Part shown: positions 58,878 to 64,000 of the stretch, one piece after another
How positions within the stretch are numbered: position 1 is the first letter of the stretch
Layout: each line of letters starts with the position of its first letter
Assembly: GCA_963782055.1 (NCBI GenBank)
Contig: CAWAIF010000003.1
Coordinates: 1,664,001-1,728,000, forward strand
Source of the DNA: an uncultured delta proteobacterium
GTDB taxonomy: Bacteria > Myxococcota_A > Polyangia > Polyangiales > Polyangiaceae
DNA: 64,000 bases
Direction of reading: 5' to 3'
Notes under the pieces: model-generated
Databases searched by the model: none
Seen by the model: only the letters and a program-made list of their open reading frames with translations
What the model was told of the DNA's origin: nothing
Program-made: the position numbers and the translations under genes

Positions 58878-59256
58878 CCCCCAGATCTAGCCGATCAAAT
58901 AACTAATCCACAAGTGATCACTTCTCCACCAGCGGTCGGAGGAACGGAGGAACGCGTAGACCGATTGGAGGGCGGAGTGGCTTGCCGCGCGGTCGGCGTG
59001 GAGCGTCGCTATCGCGACAAGATGAGTTGACGGTGCTTCGGCGAACGACGCCGCGAGTGCTACGACGTGCGCCATGTGGCTTCCGCCCGGCACGTCGTGC
59101 CGCCGAAGGAATACCCAACGCCGGCCCCCAACTCCGCCTGAGCTCCTTCACGGCGGCCAAGGCGGAAGAATCCGCAACACGTCTCGCTCAACTTTCTTAC
59201 GGAAGCACGGCGCTCGACAAGACGAGCTTCGCGTGTGAACCTTGGAACTGCCGACG

Positions 59257-60045
59257 ATGCCGACAAAGATCGAATGGACCGACGAAACGTGGAACCCTGT
59301 GACGGGTTGCGTAAAGATCTCGCCAGGCTGCAAGCACTGCTACGCCGAGAAGTTCGCCGAGCGTTGGCGCGGCGTCGTGCTCCCGAATCGGAGGCTTCAC
59401 GTCTTCCACGACGGCTTCGATCCGACATTGCGACCTGACCGGGTGAAGCAGCCGCTCACGTGGAAGGCGCCGCGGATGGTCTTCGTCAACAGCATGAGTG
59501 ACCTGTTCGGCGAGTTCGTGCCGGACGCCTTCCTCACATCGGTCTTCGACGTCATGCGGCGCACGCCGCAGCACACGTACCAGATCCTCACGAAGCGGGC
59601 GGAGCGCCTGGAGGAGTGGACGCGTCGAGCACCATGGTTGTCGCTCATGCCTCACATCTGGCTCGGCGTCTCCGTGGAAGACCGGAAGTACGGCGTTCCA
59701 CGGATCGAGCACCTCCGGCGAGCGGTCGCCGGAACGCGCTTCCTGTCCATTGAGCCGCTGCTCGCCGATGTCGGGATGCTCGATCTCCGGCAGATCGACT
59801 GGGTCATCGTCGGGGGAGAGAGCGGCCCCCGCGCGCGGCCGATGCAACAGGCCTGGGTGCAGAGCGTCCGCGACCAGTGCGTTACGGCGGGCGTTGCGTT
59901 CTTCTTCAAGCAATGGGGCGGCGTGCAGAAACACCGGACCGGCCGCGTGCTCGAAGGCCGCACGTGGGACGAGTTCCCGACGCGGGGGCGGGCTGATGGC
60001 GGAATGCAGAAACAGGACCACCGGCAACTGCACGCTCGCGCGTGA
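59257..60045 (+). CDS. DUF5131 (phage Gp37/Gp68-like; radical-SAM-like three-Cys) protein
   Basis: IEWTDETWNPVTGCVKISPGCKHCYA, FVNSMSDLF, QILTKR, WLGVSVE, WVIVGGESG, FFFKQWGG. Confidence 0.95.
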   Translation: MPTKIEWTDETWNPVTGCVKISPGCKHCYAEKFAERWRGVVLPNRRLHVFHDGFDPTLRPDRVKQPLTWKAPRMVFVNSMSDLFGEFVPDAFLTSVFDVMRRTPQHTYQILTKRAERLEEWTRRAPWLSLMPHIWLGVSVEDRKYGVPRIEHLRRAVAGTRFLSIEPLLADVGMLDLRQIDWVIVGGESGPRARPMQQAWVQSVRDQCVTAGVAFFFKQWGGVQKHRTGRVLEGRTWDEFPTRGRADGGMQKQDHRQLHARA

Positions 60046-60835
60046 GGGCAACCTGCCCGTTCAGTGTGTCGGGGAGTGGGCGAAGGAGAAGCACGACTTC
60101 ATCCGCCGCTACATCGCCGCAACCGGAGGCCCACGTAAGAAGTACGCGTCCAAGGGCACGGGCGGGCTCTGCTACGTCGACCTCTTCGCTGGTCCCGGCC
60201 GCGCATACATTCCGAAGACCAAGGAGTTCATCGATGGCAGTCCCCTCATTGCGGCAGCCGCGCCCATCGAGCGATACACGTCGCTCGTGCTTTGCGATCT
60301 CGTCGACGAGAATATTGAGGCGCTCCGCATGCGCATGGCTGGCACCACAGGAATCCACTTCGTGCCAGGTGACTGCAACGAGATGATTGAGGCCGTCACG
60401 ACCCACATCCCGAAGCATGCCTTGAGCCTTGCCGTGGTCGATCCATTCGGCGCGAGCGCCCTCGATTTCGCGACGGTCCGGCGCCTCGCTCAGTTCGACC
60501 GCATGGACCTCATCGTCCACTTCCCGACGATGGGCATGAAACGCAACTTCGCCAAGCCCGACTACGACAAGAAGATCGATCGCTTCCTCGGAACGACGTT
60601 GTGGCGGGCTGACGTCCGCGAGCCGGAACACGTCGTGAAGCTGATCCCTTACATGAAGAGGCAGCTCGTGCAGCTCGGCTACACCGAGGACGACGAGGTC
60701 CGGGAGATAGAAGTGAAGAACGACCAGCGCGGAGTCCTCTACCATCTGTTCTTCGCGTCGAAGAGCCCTCTCGGGAACAGGATCTGGAAGTCGATCACGA
60801 AGACAACCGCGACCGGGCAGCGGGAGATGTTCTAG
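59996..60835 (+). CDS. tcmP: Three-Cys-motif partner protein TcmP (methyltransferase-like fold)
   Basis: VGEWAKEKH, YVDLFAGPG, DGSPLIA, GDCN, VDPFG, LYHLFFASK..G..IW; overlaps the DUF5131 gene. Confidence 0.88.
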   Translation: MAECRNRTTGNCTLAREGNLPVQCVGEWAKEKHDFIRRYIAATGGPRKKYASKGTGGLCYVDLFAGPGRAYIPKTKEFIDGSPLIAAAAPIERYTSLVLCDLVDENIEALRMRMAGTTGIHFVPGDCNEMIEAVTTHIPKHALSLAVVDPFGASALDFATVRRLAQFDRMDLIVHFPTMGMKRNFAKPDYDKKIDRFLGTTLWRADVREPEHVVKLIPYMKRQLVQLGYTEDDEVREIEVKNDQRGVLYHLFFASKSPLGNRIWKSITKTTATGQREMF

Positions 60836-60867
60836 CCCCCACCCATCGTCGAGGGTCCGTCGCTCGC

Positions 60868-61245
60868 TCACCTCCCACCCCGCAGCGCCGCCCTCACCAT
60901 CGCCAGCGCCCGCTTCACGTTCCCCTCCACCACCCCCGCCTCGATCCTGAGCACCCGAAACCCCAGCCCCTCGATCACCGCCTGCCGCGCCGCATCCGCC
61001 TCCGCGTGCCCCGCCGCCCCGTGGATCCCCCCATCCACCTCCACCACCAGCCGCTCGCTCAGCGCCACGAAGTCCACGATGTACGTCCCAGCCAGCACGT
61101 GCTGCCGGCGAAACTTGACCCCCGCCACCCGCCGCCCCCGAAGCTCCCGCCACAGCAATGCCTCCGACGGCGTCGCGTCCTCCCGTCGCATCCGCCGCGC
61201 GTGATGGTGAAGGAAGAACAGAGAGGGAGCTTCGTGCGGTGCCAT
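60868..61245 (-). CDS. DUF559 (Vsr-like) endonuclease
   Basis: ARRMR..ATPSEALLWRELR, KFRRQH, YIVDF, LVVEVDGGIH, GFRVLR. Confidence 0.9.
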   Translation of the reverse strand: MAPHEAPSLFFLHHHARRMRREDATPSEALLWRELRGRRVAGVKFRRQHVLAGTYIVDFVALSERLVVEVDGGIHGAAGHAEADAARQAVIEGLGFRVLRIEAGVVEGNVKRALAMVRAALRGGR

Positions 61246-61357
61246 GCCCTCCCCACAGCGACAGAAGCGTGACAGCCGCAGTGACGCCACCCACGCCCCA
61301 AGGAAGGCTGGCGCGCTTCTTTCGCCCTCAGGGCGTGGCACCGCACGAAGCTCCCTC
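61223..61357. repeat. 28-bp inverted repeat with 79-nt spacer
   Basis: 61223-61250 GAGGGAGCTTCGTGCGGTGCCATGCCCT versus the reverse complement of 61330-61357: 27/28. Confidence 0.93.
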
Positions 61358-61406
61358 GCACGTTCCCGCGCACCCTCGAGGGGAGCGCCATTGGGGGGAG
61401 GGCCTT

Positions 61407-61491
61407 GTTCACAGCCCGCCACCAGCGCGCCGAACATCCTCCCCGCCCGAGCGAGCGAAGCGAGCGATGGGCAAGGGGAGGAGCCGCGCGC
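61407..61491 (-). repeat. Dispersed structured repeat, copy 3
   Basis: Begins 1 nt past the glgB stop; inverted relative to copies 1 and 2. Confidence 0.93.
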
Positions 61492-61492
61492 G

Positions 61493-63412
61493 TCAGCGCG
61501 CGGCAGGAGGGGCCCCCCTCTTCCTCAAAAACACAGCCCCCAGCGGCGGCACCACCAGACTCACCGACATCGCCCTCCCGTGCGCCGGCACCGGCGCCGC
61601 CTCCACCGACCCCAGGTTCCCGTGCCCGCTCCCGCCCAGCTCCTTCCCGTCCGTGTTCAAGATCTCGTCCCAGCTCCCCCCGCGCGCCGCCCCGACCCGG
61701 TAGTTTTGCAGCGGCACCGGCGTGAAGTTGAGCACCACGATCAACCTGGCGCCGTCCCGCGCCACCCGCTCGTACGCGAGCACGCTGCGCTCGGTGTCGT
61801 TGGGCTCGATCCAGCGAAACCCCGCCGGATCGCAGTCCAGATCGTGGAGGCAGGGCTCCGTCTTGTAGAGCCTGTTCAGCTCCCCGACCAATAGCTGGAG
61901 CTGCCGGTGGCGCTCGTCCGCGAGCAGGTGCCAGTCCAGGCTGGCGTCGTGGTTCCACTCCCGCTCCTGGCCGAATTCGTCCCCCATGAAGAGGAGCTTC
62001 TTGCCCGGCTGCGAGAACATGTAGGCGAAGAGCAGGCGCAGGTTGGCGCGCTTCTGCCAGTCGTCGCCCGCCATCTTGCCGTACAGCGACCCCTTGCCGT
62101 GCACGACCTCGTCGTGGGAAAGCGGGAGCACGTACGCCTCGCTGAAGGCGTACAGGCCGCGCATGGTGAGGTCTCCTTGGTGGTGCTTGCGGTGGATGGG
62201 ATCGCGCCCCAGGTAGCGCAGGGTGTCGTGCATCCAGCCGAGGTCCCACTTGAAGTCGAAGCCCAGGCCCCCGTCCTCGGTGCGGCCGGTGACGCGCGGC
62301 CACGCGGTGGACTCCTCCGCGATCGTCACCACGCCCGGGCGCTCGCGGTGCACGGCGTCGTTGAGCTGCTGCAGGAACTGGACGGCGCCCAGGTTCTCGT
62401 GGCCGCCGTGGATGTTGGGGACCCACTCCCCGCCTCGCCGGCCGTAATCGAGGTAGAGCATGGAGGCGACGCCATCGACGCGCAGGCCGTCGGCGTGGAA
62501 GCGGTCGACCCAGTACATGGCGCTGGAGAGCAGGAAGCTGCGCACCTCCCCGCGGTCGTAGTTGAAGATGGCGGTCTGCCACTCGGGGTGGAAGCCCTGC
62601 CGCGGGTCGGCGTGCTCGTAGAGGTGGCTGCCGTCGAAGAAGACCAGGCCGTGCTCGTCGGTCGGGAAGTGGCCGGGGACCCAGTCCAGGATCACGCCGA
62701 TGCCCGCCTGGTGCAGGGCGTCGACGAGCGCCATGAGCTCCGCCGGATCGCCGTAGCGCGAGGTCGGGGCGAAGTAGCCTGTCGTCTCGTAGCCCCACGA
62801 TCCGTAGAAGGGATGCTCCATCACCGGCAGCAGCTCCACGTGGGTGAAGCCCAGTCGCTCGACGTACTCCACCAGCTTCGGCGCCAGCTCGGAGTAGCGC
62901 ATGAAGCGATTGCCCTCTTCGGGTACGCGCATCCAGGAGCCGAGGTGGACCTCGTAGACGCTCATGGGCGCCCCTCGGCCGGAGCGAGCGGCGCGGTCGC
63001 GCATCCACGCCTCGTCCTTCCAGGCGTACTCGGTGGCGTCGATCACCGACGCCGTCCGGGGCGAGATCTCCGCGCGGCGGGCGAAGGGATCCGCCTTGTC
63101 CACGCGATAGCCGTTCAGCCGCGAGGCGATGCGGAACTTGTAGCAGGCCCCGGGTGAGGCGCCGGGCGCGAAGCCTTCCCACACGCCGCTCGCGCCGTGC
63201 GGGACGAGGCGGGTGGCCTCGCCGTTCCAGCCGTTGAAGTCGCCCACCACGTTCACCGACTCCGCCGTGGGCGCCCAGACGGCGAACCAGGTGCCGTCCT
63301 TGCCGTCCACCGTGGCGCGGTGCGCGCCCAGCGTGTCGTAGAGGCGGGGGTGGGTGCCCTCCGCGAAGAGGTACAGGTCCACCTCCCCGAGCACCGGCGG
63401 CGCCGGCGGCAT
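61493..63412 (-). CDS. glgB: 1,4-alpha-glucan branching enzyme
   Basis: FAVWAP, YEVHLGSW, ILDWVPGHFP, DGLRVDGVASM, IAEESTAW, LSHDEVVHGK. Confidence 0.97.
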   Translation of the reverse strand: MPPAPPVLGEVDLYLFAEGTHPRLYDTLGAHRATVDGKDGTWFAVWAPTAESVNVVGDFNGWNGEATRLVPHGASGVWEGFAPGASPGACYKFRIASRLNGYRVDKADPFARRAEISPRTASVIDATEYAWKDEAWMRDRAARSGRGAPMSVYEVHLGSWMRVPEEGNRFMRYSELAPKLVEYVERLGFTHVELLPVMEHPFYGSWGYETTGYFAPTSRYGDPAELMALVDALHQAGIGVILDWVPGHFPTDEHGLVFFDGSHLYEHADPRQGFHPEWQTAIFNYDRGEVRSFLLSSAMYWVDRFHADGLRVDGVASMLYLDYGRRGGEWVPNIHGGHENLGAVQFLQQLNDAVHRERPGVVTIAEESTAWPRVTGRTEDGGLGFDFKWDLGWMHDTLRYLGRDPIHRKHHQGDLTMRGLYAFSEAYVLPLSHDEVVHGKGSLYGKMAGDDWQKRANLRLLFAYMFSQPGKKLLFMGDEFGQEREWNHDASLDWHLLADERHRQLQLLVGELNRLYKTEPCLHDLDCDPAGFRWIEPNDTERSVLAYERVARDGARLIVVLNFTPVPLQNYRVGAARGGSWDEILNTDGKELGGSGHGNLGSVEAAPVPAHGRAMSVSLVVPPLGAVFLRKRGAPPAAR

Positions 63413-64000
63413 CACGCCTCCCCCTTCGGCGCGAGCATGCCGAGCAGCCCGCGCAGGGGGATGCCCAGCCAGTCGGGGCGGTTGTCCAGCTCGTAGCCGA
63501 CCTCGTAGATGCATTTCTCCACGACGAAGAAGTTGAGCAGCATGGCGAGGTCCTCCTTGGACGCGGGCACGAGCGGGACGCCGTGCGCGTGCTCCATGTA
63601 CGCGGCGACGAAGGCGCTGGAGACCCACCCGGCCCACGCCTCCGCCCAGGGCGTGACGAGCGGTACGTCCTCCGCGCGCAGCCGGCCGCCGCGCAGGGCC
63701 GCGACGCCCGCGTAGTGGAAGGAGCGCACCATGCCCGCCACGTCGCGCAGGGCGCAGCGCTTGAAGCGGCGGTGGGCGAGGGGGCGGCCGGGCTCTCCCT
63801 CGAAGTCGATGATGACGAAGTCGTCGCCCGTGAAGAGGACCTGGCCCAGGTGGTAGTCGCCGTGCAGGCGGATGCGCTGCACGTCGATGCGGCGGGCGGT
63901 GACCCTGGCCAGCAGGTGGTCCACGTCGTCCTCGCGGGCGAGGAACCGCTCGGCGAGCTCGCGCTCCTCCGGGCCCAGCGACGGGAGCTTCCGGCGGAGT
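63412..64000 (-). CDS. Maltokinase domain (Pep2/Mak or TreS-Mak fusion C-terminus), partial
   Basis: RIRLHGDYHLGQVL, IIDFEGEP, RDVAGMVRSFHY, YEVGYELDNRPDW; coupled to glgB. Confidence 0.92.
   Translation of the reverse strand, partial: LRRKLPSLGPEERELAERFLAREDDVDHLLARVTARRIDVQRIRLHGDYHLGQVLFTGDDFVIIDFEGEPGRPLAHRRFKRCALRDVAGMVRSFHYAGVAALRGGRLRAEDVPLVTPWAEAWAGWVSSAFVAAYMEHAHGVPLVPASKEDLAMLLNFFVVEKCIYEVGYELDNRPDWLGIPLRGLLGMLAPKGEA

Noticed and set aside
59257..60045. Prophage, from the Gp37/Gp68 label
   Set aside because: No integrase, terminase, capsid or tail genes nearby.

Overview
High-GC bacterial chromosomal window. Gene content suggests Myxococcota, probably Polyangiales-like (many lipoproteins with acidic DAG/DAS linkers, Cys-rich secreted proteins); this is inference from content only. 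It holds about 70 genes, mostly accessory. Main items: an HTTM-protein/beta-carbonic anhydrase/AAA ATPase run, OsmC, two ArsR-SRPBCC modules, Acr3, an initiator tRNA-Met, an NMT1/THI5-type ABC operon split by a ~2.9 kb insert with a truncated ISKra4-like IS, a sensor adenylate/guanylate cyclase, and a bufferin-like MNIO (DUF692)/DUF2063/DoxX RiPP locus whose precursor looks like a lipoprotein. It also has malQ, a GH75 chitosanase, a PIN TA pair, an orphan SMI1/KNR4 protein, an OPT transporter, Uma2 and DUF559 nucleases, a DUF5131-TcmP island, glgB and part of a TreS/maltokinase gene. Most notable: (1) the apparently lipid-anchored MNIO precursor beside a gluzincin peptidase; (2) an 85-bp structured repeat in three copies, two of which bracket the DUF5131/TcmP/DUF559 island in inverted orientation, plus a 28-bp inverted repeat over the DUF559 start; (3) three independent +1 frameshifts all reading GAWTCTCG (from GATCTCG), probably a motif-linked sequencing artefact. 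All family calls come from recognising motifs by eye; no database searches were run.
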